Position numbers and translations under genes: made by a program | NCBI GenBank assembly: GCA_973895155.1 | Contig: OZ316894.1 | Span: forward strand, 23,992,709 to 24,056,708 | Direction of reading: 5' to 3' | DNA: 64,000 nt | DNA from: Marsupella aquatica | Lineage: Eukaryota > Plantae > Marchantiophyta | In this document: one piece after another, positions 13,601 to 26,074 of the stretch | Position numbering within the stretch: position 1 is the first letter of the stretch | Layout: every line of letters begins with the position of its first letter | Notes under the pieces: generated by a model | The model's input: the letters and a program-made list of their open reading frames with translations, nothing else | Told to the model about the DNA's origin: nothing | The model's database searches: none

Positions 13601-15272
13601 GGGTGCTCACTGGGATGTGGCATGTATTGATTGGAATGCCACTTGAATTCTTAATGATTTTTGTTAGCATTGATTGGCCGGGGTGGCCGAGGCGTGCATG
13701 CCATAGCGCATGCAATTCGCTTGTGTTGGCATTGTTATGCAGGCATTCAATATGAGTTACATAAAACCCGCAACGATACAAGAAAAGTGTCTCTTTAATT
13801 ATTTTCCCCGTAGGGGTGTTTTCAACCAAGTGAATGACCTCTTGGTCTCTGGTATCGCCTGTTTGGACATGTAGTCCATTTGCTCGTATATCTCTAAAAC
13901 TGAGGAGATTACGAGTTGCGTTTGGGGCGAAAATGGCAGATTCTATGTGTATTTTGGTACCCTGCGGAAGTCTAATGGAAGCTGGTCCGAAGCCCTCTTC
14001 TATTTGGCTAGGACCATTGATAGTGGTCAGGGACCTACGTGATGGTGTAATCATGTGAAAAAGGTGTTTATCCCTGAGGATAGTATGTGTCGTGGCACTG
14101 TCAATGATACATGCGCTTAGACTATTTAAGTCTGGTGTAGTGGAGCTACTTGCCACTAAGTGTGCCTCGGGTTGGGCGGGTAGGTTTGAGAAGTCTTGGA
14201 ATGGATCACTAGACTCCATAAATGCCCCGTGGGTTTCACGGGGTGGTGGTCTTGAGGTTTGTCCATCCTGGATGGAACATTGATATAAATCTCTAAGGTG
14301 TTGTGGGATTCTACAGTTTCGCGCGAAGTGGTTTGTCATGCCACATTCATGGCATTTCGGTCGTTCCCGTTGTTGTCGGGGTTGTGACCGATCATTCTTA
14401 CGGTTGTTGTTGTATGGTCTACCACCACCGCGTCCTCCGCGTCCACCGCGTCCGCCACATCCGCCTCGTCCTCCTCGTCCATCTCTTCCTCCGCGTCCTC
14501 GAAAGGTTCGTTGGGAGTTGTATTGTGGACGTTGGTTATAGAAGCTCCCCCTGTTATGGGTGTTTCGGCGGTTGCTATTCTTAGTGCGTTTAGTGCTTTG
14601 CCTCGATGTAGAGGGTTCAGCAGTTTCTATGTTGTGGGTTTCATTCGCTTTTCCTGAGGGCAAGGTGCCTGCTGGGCGTTTTCTTGAGTTTACCAAAAGA
14701 AGTTCCTGGTTTCTTTCGGTGACTAAGAGGTGCGCTATGAGTTCGGAGTATTGTCCAAACTTCATGTTTCTATACTGTGTTGATAGCAACACATTTGATG
14801 AATGGAATGTCGACAAGGTCTTCTCCAACAGATCCTTGTCCGTCACGGGCTCGCCACAAAGTGCAAGGGTTGAGGTTATTCTAAAGAGTTCACTATTGTA
14901 TGCTGAGATCGAGGTAAAGTCCTGGACTCTGAGGTTGAGCCAGTCTTGCCTGGCTTTGGGTAATTCGACCAGTTTCTGGTGGTCAAATCGAGTCTGTAGG
15001 GCTGTCCATAGTTCCCGAGGGGTCGACAAGTGCATGTATTGTCGCTGGAGGAACCTATGGATGTGGCGTCTCAGGAATACTAGGGCTTTAGATTCGTTGG
15101 CTTTAGTTAGTGGATCTGGCTGAGGTTCGCCGGCAAGGGTAGGTTGTGCCATTCCTATCGCTGGGAGTACGGTTAGCGATGTAAGGTTCTCTCTAAGGTT
15201 CATTGACCATTCTAGGTAGTTACTACCGTCGATGTCAAGGGCTGGAAAGTTGAGTTTCTCGAGGTTCGTCAT
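10609..15272 (-). pseudogene. Disrupted gag-pol polyprotein of the copia element
   Basis: Contains Gag, an RGG tract and a CCHC knuckle (CHECGMTNHFARNC), protease IIDSATTH, integrase WHARLGH...C..C, HADVCGP, RVDNAGEF, NGLAE, RT YVDDL and RNase H ADAGYLSD...IFEDN...ADLFTK. Interrupted by in-frame TAA at 13098-13100, a frameshift near 12700 and in-frame TAG at 11215-11217. Confidence 0.93.
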
Positions 15273-15417
15273 AGGGTTGATGGCTGGATTCCTTTTAAGT
15301 GTGGTTGAGGTTTATATACTAGTAAGTATAGTAAGGAATGACTAAGCACATTTATGCGGCATGCAAGGTGGAGCTGGGTGGAGAACGCATGCAAATCTGA
15401 AATTCCTTTTTAGGGTT

Positions 15418-15449
15418 TTTGTTTGTTTGTTTGTTTGTTTGTTTGTTTT
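15418..15449. repeat. (TTTG)n microsatellite in the retrotransposon leader
   Basis: About 7 TTTG units, directly visible. Confidence 0.9.
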
Positions 15450-16626
15450 TGCACTTATGGTTTAGGGTTTTCTTGGTATTTGTTTAACTGCAATTTTTCT
15501 TTTGTAGATGCTTTTTTCTTTGTTAAGCTGTGCAGTTATCCACTTGTGCACTTAGGGTTGCAGTTATGATTTATGTTTACTCTTGCATTGGTTATGTGCA
15601 AATTTGGCTTTGTAAAGTAAATTCCCTTTGTTACGGAATGCACGTATGGAGGTTTTGCGGTTATGTTGCAGTTATGAGGCGTGCACTTAGCGGTTTTGAT
15701 TCAGGTTCGACATTTCTTCGTTGTTTTGAGCCTTGATGTTGCGAGATTTGTATGCCTCCTTGCGCCTGGTTGGTGCTCTCCTTAAAATCTCATCTTCTTT
15801 CTTCCCTTTTTCTCCTCGCGTTCTTACTCGCCTTGTGGCCTTATCGCTTTCGTCTCTTCTCTTGTTGGATTACTTCACATTGTGTTCATTCCATTACACT
15901 CGGCCAAGTCTTGGTACTTCAGAAAATCAATTGTGCAGAATGGGGGCGATCAAAATTGGGGAAATCGATTCTCCGGTCCCTCTTTTTGGTCTCCTTATGG
16001 TAAATGCTCTTTAAGTCCTTCGTTCCCGATCTCCTGCGTTCTCGATCTCCTTCTTTCCCGATCTCCTTCTTTCCCGATCTTCAAAAAAAAAAGTCAATTC
16101 GTTTCTTGCTGCAGTCTAATTCGATTCCGGGATGGGCCTCTTTTCTTTTCTCCTCTCATTACTTTGAATCGGGCTCGCGTCAGCTATCGGTTACCATCGG
16201 GGTCACACGCTCCTTCTTTCTTCTCGATTCTTCCTGCTTCGCTCTCTTATGGATTCCTCTCCATCCGAGTTACCGATCAAACCTTAACAATATTTGCCTC
16301 ACTTTTTCGGCAGCGGCATCCTTTCGCTCATGTTCCTGTCAATTGCTTGATTCGCCTTCGATCGTTGCTTGATAATCCACGAGCGAGAATCTCTTGTTGG
16401 TACAGACTTTGGTATTCATGCATGATCGATCACCATCTGGTTCCACTTGAACAATGGAGCCGGGTTTGAAACATTGCTCAACTTCTCAAAACCAATTCTG
16501 GACGTAGAAATTTAGGGCCCCCCTAACTCAAACATTGATTTTGCTGCAGACGTGTGTTCTTTCCCGCAATTGCCAATCATTAACTAGAATTGGAGTCTCT
16601 TTCTTCTCAGCTCCGCTGGTTGCTTC

Positions 16627-16640
16627 TCGTGCTGATAACG
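16627..16640 (-). promoter_or_regulatory. Primer-binding site complementary to the anticodon arm of tRNA-Ile (half-tRNA primer)
   Basis: CGTTATCAGCACGA directly follows the 5' LTR on the minus strand. Its complement TCGTGCTGATAACG matches the plant tRNA-Ile(AAU) arm TCGTGCTAATAACG (recalled from memory) except at the wobble base. Confidence 0.8.
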
Positions 16641-16747
16641 TGTTTGATTGTGATAATAATAGTATCAGTATAGTCTCGGTAATGGTACATATGGTGGTGC
16701 CGGGATGACCGGCTGATCCGGTCATCCGGTCAAGGTAGAGTCTAACA
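16641..16747 (-). repeat. 5' LTR of the copia element (107 bp)
   Basis: TGTTAG...AAACA on the minus strand, followed by the PBS and flanked by the TSD. Confidence 0.95.
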
Positions 16748-17999
16748 AAAGCCTTATAAAATGTATGTGGAGCCATTAGCATGATGCCTTTTTCATGTGT
16801 GATCCCCTAATTTGGAGTATCAACTGTACAATTTTCTCACATCCATTAAACAACAAAGTATTTCTTTCTTTCATGATTCTTACAGTAAGTAAGGTGTAGT
16901 CTATGTCACAATAGTGAATTAGTCAATGGCGACATAAATTATTAAAGTATTTAACTAGATTTTTTGGAAGGGCATAGAGAAAACACATTATGTCCACGAT
17001 GAATACCTTTTGTCCCTAAATCTTGTACTTCTCAAATCTGACCATCTAAGTTTCACACCTTTCTTAAATCCTTTCGTAAAACAGGTAAACTCTCAGCTTG
17101 CATCTAAGTTGATTTTGTCATGATCAAGTATCGGTCCTTGATCTGACTTCTCAATTTTTCAAGAACTCAAGAACCACACTGATGGATGGGCAATTCTCAA
17201 ACATCACCCTTGTGCAAAAAGGCTCTAACTACAAAATTAAGGCCATTTGTTTCCTAATGATAGCATCACTAGCATCCTCAATTTTGAGAATTGTATCAAG
17301 GATCTCGGAAGCGTATTTTCAGGAGTTAAATTTGACTCTTGAAAGCTAAGTTGCAATATGCCCACTAGACCCTCAGATGTCCTCCATAAAAAATTTGAAG
17401 ATTAGCCAGAATTGCTAACTAAGTGAAATGCGCTGAGAGACATAGCAGATCGATGAGCTGAGAGATGAGATCCTTGGTCAGAAGATACAAGCGTAGCTCC
17501 TTTTGCAGAGCATCATTTCTGTAGATTTGTGAGATTTGTTCTACCTATCTGGTATTCACTACTATGTTCTCTCTTGTGAGCTAAACTTCTTGCATGCACT
17601 CGACCCATAAGTGAAAACAATGGATAACTGCAAGGCCGGAGGGGAAGTCCAATTATATAGGCAAAGGACACTTACGGAGGGTTGTCAAATGGGGCAAACC
17701 CGTTGAAGGCGATGAGGAGTGAGGAAATGGCACAAACTGTACCAGGTCACCCAAAACTAATATATTATACTTTAAGGTGATTTAGGAAAAAATCATTTTG
17801 ATTCTAAAAAGGACTGATTAATTATTCTTCTCAACATCAAAATTCTTGTCGTTGAGGGGGAAACACCAAAAGATAAGCTACTGTACTTTACTTGTTCTTG
17901 GAACACTAATACTCTAGCTAAAAAAAACTAGCTTGAATACTCATACTTCTAAATGTAAGTAGAGGTGAAGGCAAAAAAGAGCTTGCACAAAAATAGATT

Positions 18000-18175
18000 T
18001 GTTATAATATATCATGCTTAGATCAGTAGTCTAACCATGGTTTAGACTTACCTTGGTTAGGACTAGACCAAAGACCACATATATGTACTATATATTTACT
18101 TGGGGACTCCTTCCCCATTGAGTAAGAAGAAGGTTATATACATTTGTCTCTCCACTTAACACGTTATCAGCACGA
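18000..18175 (+). mobile_element. Second Bianca-type LTR (~162 bp) plus PBS, truncated element
   Basis: TGTTA(18000)...TAACA(18161) is immediately followed by the same PBS CGTTATCAGCACGA (18162-18175). It shares patches (TTAGACT..ACCTTG; ACCAC..ATATGTAC) with the 107-bp LTR. No partner LTR or pol was seen. Confidence 0.72.
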
Positions 18176-18911
18176 GCACGTACCAAGAGTTGAACACAAC
18201 AGGAAGTTGATGTCACATGAGAGGATTGATGGTAGATTGAACTTTAAAGATCAAGTAAAAGACAACCACTGTCCTTGGTGAGTTTGTAGAGAAAATTTTA
18301 GGAGTAGAGATCAAGAATTGAAGAAGTTATGGGGATTTTAAATTGCAGATTTGAAGGGACACCCATTACTTTTGGAGAAGGTTGAAGAGATTTCGATGAT
18401 GTTGACATTTTTTTTCTCGGAGAATCCACGGCTAAGAGTTGTACAATTCATGAGGAATTGATAGAGGATTTCTACATTGCCCAAATTTTGAAGGAAAAGG
18501 GTCAAAAAGGAAGCAGAAGAGACAGATATAGAGTTTTTTCAAAGGGGAATCTATCTTGAAAGTTCACAAAATAGAGACAATAGAGACCAAATTACACTTC
18601 AATTTCCACTCTAATTTCCACTTCAATTTACACACTTAGAAGCACAGACCAGAGAGAATAGAGAGCAAATTACACTTCAATTTCCACACCAATTTCCTAT
18701 ATACGTGAATTTTCCAAAATTCTCAATTCCAGGAATTAACATTGATCGACGTAAACCAAATTCTTCAACTTACATACAAATTGACTCATGCCACACGCAT
18801 TGCAATTAGACTGCACCACAATAGAAACTCAATTCCATTGGACCAAAAATCTACTTCACTGGACCATCAAGTTCAATTTACTAAAATTGGATCAAATTTG
18901 ACAGTGATACA

Positions 18912-20070
18912 ATGGACGACAAAAACATTGATAGCTCATCTAGTAACAATGGTAATTCAATTGAGAGTAGTGTGGATAATTGTAGTGATGATGATGACAT
19001 GTCTAATGAGGAAGAGGATGAGTACATGCTCATTTACAAGGCTACTTCTGCTGTTCACAACAGTTGGGCCATCTTCAATTCTTATGCATTGGAGACATCA
19101 GGCATGATGTATACAAATTTAAACACGGATGTGAATGATGTTTTACAGTCAATGAAAAATTTACCAGGATGGTTCAAGGATCTAACAAACTTCACAATTC
19201 TAGAGTGTGTCGATCTATGTGCATGTGTACTGCCTCTCATTGCAGGCCATGCCAAGTCAACTGGCCAGGGGAGGTCCACAACCGCATGGGCTGTCAAAAT
19301 AAGCTTACACCTAAAAAAATTTAAACTTTGTGTTGTATATGAAACATGACAATACTGTCGTTCATGGTTCTTTCCAATGGAATTGGTCACAAAGTTCATT
19401 ATGTGACGATGTTTACTTTGTTGATTCATGTGTAAATGGGGCTCTTGATGATGAGATACACTGGCCAACAGTGCAAGAGCACCTAGAATTGGCAGCACAC
19501 AACCCGGATTGGCCCGGTGCATTGGCATAATTGATGGAACATTGGTTAAAATTTGACGTCCCGGGAATGATGAGAACCATAGTGAATGGTTTCAAGGACG
19601 AAAGAAAATGTATTGTTTAAACAACACAGTAGTTGCGGACCAAAATGAGAGTTTTCATTTACGTGGATTTGGGTATCCGGGATCCTTCTAGGATATTAAT
19701 ATTATAATGCAATATTTTGATCTTTTCCAGAATTGGCAATACTATTTCATGCACATAGTCAATGAATAGTTACCTTGAATATCTGTGGGGGGATCCTAGG
19801 TACATTGGTACTGACTTGTTTATATGCAAATGGTCTAATCGAGGATGCTCTTGGCATGAATGCATCTATTGTGCAGATGTTGAACAAAATGCATGCAGGT
19901 TATAGAATCATAGTCCAATGGAAAATTAGAGGCTTGAAACAAAAATGATGACAATTAATGAAAGGATATGACCTGCAAAAGTACAAGTTCAAGGAGCTCT
20001 TCCGAGCTACTCCATTACTAACCAACTTTCTACACAATAGCTATTTGGATTATAATAGTATTCTTGACAT
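18912..20070 (+). pseudogene. Degenerate PIF/Harbinger (DDE_Tnp_4/HARBI1-like) transposase
   Basis: Across several frames and stops it reads GIIDGTLVK, FQGRKKMYCLNNTVVADQN, YVDLGYPGSF, GDPRYIG, HAGYRIIVQWKIRGLKQK and LTNFLHN. This is the DDE_Tnp_4 motif order. Confidence 0.75.
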
Positions 20071-22279
20071 TAGAAGATGTCACACACTCTTCTCACAAAC
20101 AATAGGATTTTGAGGCTAAATCTGGACCATAGATTGAAGAGGATGCAATCTGTCACAAAAGTTTTGAGCATCTTTTACTTGTATCTTTTACTTCCTTCTT
20201 TCCTTATTTTCTTGAATTTGTATGGAAGTTGCATAAGCTTTTGCATTTGTGAATCAAAGATCTTGGAGATGGTGCCCACTTGCAGTTGTAATCTTAAACT
20301 GTCATGTAAACTTTGTGCTAGATGTGCTAGACAAGTAATATAAAATTGCACATAAATTTATAGCTAGATACATTTTTCATTCCTTTTAGTAATGCTTCAT
20401 CATAGAAGGTAGATGTATTAGAAGTTTTTTCTAAATTGCATACCCCTATGTAGAGAACTTATGTTAAAGACATAGTAATGATGATTTTTAAATGAATTTT
20501 TCTTTAAAGCCATAGTGGATCAAGTGAGTGAAGATACAAATGCAAGGACTTTATGGTAAGCTCAGATGGTACAACAAATTAAATTAATCCGTAGACCCCC
20601 ATGTTCATCGAAGGAATGTGTGTGTGATGAAGTGAAATTAATTTTCAGCAAGGCGGTAACCAATGGGTTTGAGTCTCCCGGTGGTCTTAGTGGAGATGAT
20701 CTCTCTAGGTTATCAAACAGAAGGTTGAATATGGAGAAATTGAGATTTTTGACGATTTTTGCTTACACATTGGAAAAATCGTGTTTCTATCATTCATGAT
20801 TGATTGTTTGTGAGTTACGTTGAGCATTACCACCACAAAACAGACTAGAGGACATCACTAAGCTATCGGCAAAAGAATGCTTGTCGTTTTGATGGGAAGA
20901 ACGCACAAAACGGACAAGTCATCACATCACATGAAACTTTTGTAGTTTTTTTTAATTTAAGATAGCTATGGTATGAGTGGGAGACCATCGATTGTTTTTT
21001 TGACATAGAGGTTGCATTTGGCATCAACCTATGTTTAGAGTGAGGTTCAGTTGAAGACCGGAGGGATGCAAACAATTCAAGCTGGAAAGCAAGCGTTGCG
21101 GACAAGCGATGGTGATGTAATTGAAGAAATCAATTTGTAGCGGCTAAGTTTGTGACGGTGACAAGATTGTGACATCTCTTAATCGAGAAAGGGTTTCCAA
21201 TGAGCCCCAGATTGACAAATTTTGTCAAGTTTCAATGAGTTTTTGAATTTCTCTGCCTTTCCAATGAGTGTGACAATAAGAAATTTTGATCATGAGTTCA
21301 TGAATTCTTTTAGCTTTCCAACATTGACAAATCTCATGTTAGATTTTGTCTCGGCACTAAAGAGAGATCACAAGGTTTTCAATTTCTCTAGCTTTCTAAT
21401 ATGTGACATTGAGATTATTTGTCAAGAATTAGAGAGACCATGAGTACCTGAATTTCTCTAGCTTTCCAAATTGAATGAACCTAACATTGATAGATTTTGT
21501 TAGGTACTAAAGAGACAATGAGTTTCTAATTTTACTCTAGCTTTTCATTGAGTGTAACATTGAGAGATTTTTTCAAGACAGTACTAAAGAGGTCACAAGT
21601 TTCTAAATCTTCATCTTGAGTTTTCCAATGTATCAAACATTGATAGATTTCATCAAATATTAAGGAGATTGATTATTTAGTTTTACAATGTGGAGCCAAA
21701 GGGGTTCTAACTATGTACATTTCTATGGATTTGTTTTTTCAAACTTGTAGACAATTAAAATATACAAATATTTTGATGTAACACTGATACATCATTTACA
21801 AATATCAAAATGGTAATTTTATTTTACTAAGTGACATCTCTTCCTTTGTAGTCTACTTTTTTTACACTTAATACTTACAACATGGCGCCCCAAAAATTAC
21901 GTTGCGTTTGCCACAAACATGAATGTGCACTTTTGTTACTTTCAAAAATATGATCTTTCTTGTTTGTGGCTGGTTATGCTGATGTGGCATAACCTCATGG
22001 CAGGGAATTTTCCAGGGACCTCTCATGGGGGTCCGTAAACACCCACAAATTAACGAGTTAAGTTTGTGTTACCCCAATAATTGAAAGTTTCCCATAATTC
22101 TTCCTTGAGAAGTGGTGACAAAGCTCAAATCTTTCCATCTTGGTTCTAAAAGTAAAATTGTCACAATTACCCTTGTGCTTTGTGAATTGATTGCACTTTA
22201 CTTAATTCTATTTTTACATGGATGTTGAGTAGGAATCCAAAATATATCAAAACTGCAATACTACCATTTTTATTCTTTT

Positions 22280-22500
22280 CTGTTCTTAGATGGGTTCAAG
22301 TACTTGGTTTTTTTTGTACTGTTTTGCATATTTTGCTTTGCTCAGCTTATTGAATATTTTTTTCTTCCTAAGTGGTACTTCAACAAAATGCTTACAAATA
22401 ATCACTTGAGCAACTAAGTAGTACTTTGTATTATGAAACAAAACACAATCATTCTCAATCACTTGATCCACATTGATTGGAAACCTTCAGCAACACATGC
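22280..22500 (-). mobile_element. Possible hAT transposase dimerisation-domain remnant
   Basis: Frame-broken W...KYYLVAQVII...KIFNKLS resembles the hAT C-terminal pattern. The segment is short and degenerate. Confidence 0.3.
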
Positions 22501-23879
22501 TAAAGCATTTCTATCTCAATGTTTCAACTAAAAAATGAATTGAAAAGAATACAATGATTTCATCACTCTAAATTTGACATTGCATTTCTAGAGATGTATA
22601 CAACATAAGGTTTTACTTTTCTATTGTAATTAATATAATCAATAAACTCCTTGACATATGCTGACATTTTGAAGGATAATGCAATGTCAAATTCCAATGT
22701 GTCCTCAGCACTGCATGATCATGTGTCAAAAACAAGTAGTGTATATCTGATGGATGACAATGTGTATAATATACTCTATGTCATTTGTGTGAAGAAAAGG
22801 TACTTCATCTAAAGCCTTATATGTGGGGTTGCATTAATTGCACACCAAATTATGACATATAGTGTACAACATCTCTCCATATAGTGATGAAGTTCATTAT
22901 TTATTTAAATAAATGAGTGCACACCTTATATTACCACATTCTGTGTATTCTCATATTCTATTATCACATTCTGATGTGTGATTCGTGGCAGGGTTTACTT
23001 TATTTGTAAAAGTGGCTTGACATTTATTCTCCCTAATTTCCTTAGGGGTTTGTTTATTAAGAGAAGATATATGCAATACATGGAAATCCCTTGATTCTTT
23101 TTCTCCAGAGCAAATTGGAGGGTCACTTATAAATTTTCTAAAGAGAATCAAGACCAAGACATTTTTGACAATAGTTACAATAAATTGAAATTCTTTGATT
23201 CATTCAAGAACCAATGCGAGGGTCACTTGAACCTTTCTAGAGAGACTCCAGACCACAACGCTTTTGGTGCAAGATAGAATCCTTGTTGCTGGCCTTTGGG
23301 CCGCATGTGAAGGTGGTCTAAATTTTTACATAAAATCTAACAAGGTGGTATAATGGAATTAAGAAAATCAAAATGAATTAATTCTATAAGCATTTTTTTT
23401 AAATTATAACCCTAAACTACAACTTTTAGAGAGTGTGGATTTGATCTAAACTTTTAGACAAAATTGATAATATACTAGTGTCAAGCAAAGAACAATAAAT
23501 AAATAGAATTTTATAAGCATTTCTTAAAATCATAACCTCTAAACTACAACTTTTGAAGAAATTATGGCCACTTCAAATTTTGTGCTCCAATCAATCCAGA
23601 GATAATGTGCTTGAATCAGGGTAATGTTAAAGGTTTTTTCCTTTTCTACCAGGGTGGTGAATGTCACCATGTCTGAAGGATGCTAAGAAGATTCCTTATC
23701 TAATTTTCCTACCATGTCTAACGGATGCTAACAAGATTACTCATCTAATTTCCTTATCTAAGAAGATTAATTAGTGAGAGATAATCTTCCTAGATCTAAT
23801 GATAACAGCTAGACTTTGGCTAACAGGATCTGTGAATATAGTAGGTGGGAACTTAGTCTTAATCAAAGAAGAAAACCCA

Positions 23880-24575
23880 GGCAAATTTGTCACACTGTTT
23901 TTTATTAACCTGTTTATCAAACTGGGCATAATTATCATCTTGTCCCTCAAACTACCTTAATTACTAACTTGGACCCCTTTCTGTATATGGATTACTTTTA
24001 CTCTTGTACTTAACCCAAGGTAGTTCCCTGTTAAATTCATGACGCATGGCAAGGTGCTATTGGTCACACCAAACCCCAGCTTATTCTACCTTAACCTGGA
24101 CACAAAGGGAAGCCAGGAAGGTTCGTTGTACTGTTGGTCGATCATGCCTTTGAAGGATAAGCCAGCATGCTGGGATTTTTTGAAACTGGATGTTGGGATG
24201 GCAGCGGGCCACAAAGGGAAGGAAGGGAAGGCATCTGCCTGCCTATTCGGGTGCTTCGGGATTGGAGGAAGCCGGGGTCGTGGCTGCCCGATTGCAACAC
24301 GAGGGAGCCGGCCCGATACTCCCTTCATTGTCATGACAGGAGGGAGTCAGCATGGGTTAGGGTAGAACAGGCTGGGGTTTGGTGTGGCCAATAGCCCCTT
24401 GCCATGTGTCATGCAACTAACAGGGATTCACCTCAGATTAAGTACGAGAGTTAAAATAAACCCATAATTATATGAAAAGAAGGTCAACTAGGGAAGTAAA
24501 ATAGTTTGGAGGAACAGGTTGGTGAATATGGCCAGTTTGGTGAAAGGTTGGTAAAAACCTGTTATGCCAAAAGGG
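23880..24575. mobile_element. Non-autonomous foldback / MULE-like element with ~220-bp imperfect TIRs
   Basis: ~23880-24100 and ~24350-24575 are inverted copies. For example CATGACGCATGGCAAGG.GCTATTGGTCACACCAAACCCCAGC pairs with GCTGGGGTTTGGTGTGGCCAATAGC.CCTTGCCATGTGTCATG. Confidence 0.7.
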
Positions 24576-26074
24576 GTAAAAACTTTTGAGTGAGATGCAG
24601 TTGGTAGATTATTCCACTAAGAAAAAGCTTGATTGCTCCCCTTTCAATCATCTGCCTGGATGTGCTCCAACCACTATATCCCCGCCCCACACTGGTGAAT
24701 CTTTTGTGGGTGGCAAGGGCTGAACTGAATCAGACGATGGAGAGAAAGTGGCCACGGTATTCTGTGCTGCATCACCTTTGTCAGAGTGGGAGCACCACCG
24801 CAGTCTCGAAGAGTCACTCTTTTCTGTACACTTCTTACAGATAAGCTTTTATACAGATAAGTCTTTTTTGTTTTTGAAGATAGACTTTATTTTATACAGA
24901 TAAGTCTTTGTTGTCGACTAGTGTAGATTTGTTCTTCTTCTGTCTTCCTTCTAGACAGCTAGAGCTACAGTTCTAAAGTGGGGCCCCTCATCCAGGGCAC
25001 TGGGCACAGCTTCAAGTGCCGATTTGACTTTGCATGACTCATTCTAGGCCACCACTTGGATGATACGGTGAGGCCCCTCTGTTCCGGCCATACCTTCAAG
25101 AGTTCAAGCTTCGACTTGACGTTGCATGACTCAATCCGGGCCACCAGCTGGATACGTTTGGCAGGAGATTTGAGATCTTTCAACGGTGTAAAGGTCGTTC
25201 TCTCCGAGTGGGCCCTTCAATCCGTCACTCTCTTACTAGCTTTGATTTGATTGGAGTAATTGGAGTCAGTCACTCTCCTACTGGCTTTGATTTGATTTGA
25301 ACTCAGATCGACCGCAGATCGCAGAGAGAGAAGAGAGCGTGCGAGCTGTGATATCAGTCATAAACCAGTGATGGTCAGTTGGGACTTGGGAATTGGTTGA
25401 GTACTGTACAATGAAGGTGTAGAGGAAGGCAGGAAGCGTAAGGATCGTTCCCTGTTAATAAATGAAATTTCACTCAGGTTCATGAACATGATTGTCCTTT
25501 GCCAGCGTACTCCCTAGTTGCCGCTTTCGGACTCTGTCTACTACGAGCATAGGGTAGTTGTGGATAGGGAATTGGACGAGCACTGTACAATGAAGGTGTA
25601 GAAGAAGGAACTGAGGAAGCGTAAGGATTCGTTCCCGGTTAACAAATGAAATTTCCCTCCAGCAGTGTAGCTTCTTGAAAAAAAATGATTGTCCTTTGCC
25701 ACTTGCCAGCTTCCTCAATCCAGCAATCCTCATCCTAGTTGCCGCTTTCCGCCTCCGTATACGGTACTAGGAGAATAGGGTAGTTGTGGATCTAACAGAC
25801 TACAGTAAGCCTTGACCAGACCCTACGAGTAGAATGACGAGACCATTTCCTCTCAAAGTGTGGTCACCCTGTACCTGTAGATTGACGCAAGCTTTGCCTC
25901 GTTGTAGTGGTTGGTCAAGGACAAAGGTCCACTGCCCAGGCGGGAAGATTTACGGTCTGAGAGAGCAATGGAAGATAGTAGAATAGGCTAACGATGAGCT
26001 TGTACTGAGTGGTCTGAGAGAGCAACGGAAGATAGTAGAATAGGCTAACGATGAGCTTGTACTGAGCGAGAAAT

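Larger units (their letters stand above)
10172..16747 (-). mobile_element. Full-length Ty1/copia LTR retrotransposon, Bianca-like lineage
   Basis: Two identical 107-bp TG...CA LTRs at 10172-10278 and 16641-16747, with a 5-bp TSD AAAGC (10167-71, 16748-52). PPT-like CCAAAGGGGAG precedes the 3' LTR and a PBS lies at 16627-16640. Domain order is gag-PR-INT-RT-RH. Motifs PPKRTKMGPQR and KRGRPLGSKDKQPR are typical of Bianca. Confidence 0.96.

Noticed and set aside
13558-16469. Plus-strand ORFs overlapping the retrotransposon (e.g. 14560-15123, 15882-16469)
   Set aside because: These are antisense shadows of gag-pol or of the pyrimidine-rich leader, with no motifs.
16627-16640. tRNA-Ile-like sequence read as a tRNA gene
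   Set aside because: Only 14 nt match and there is no cloverleaf. Its position next to the LTR identifies it as a PBS.
16960-17560. Minus-strand gag-like remnant
   Set aside because: There are too many stops and only a vague resemblance, so it cannot be supported without a search.
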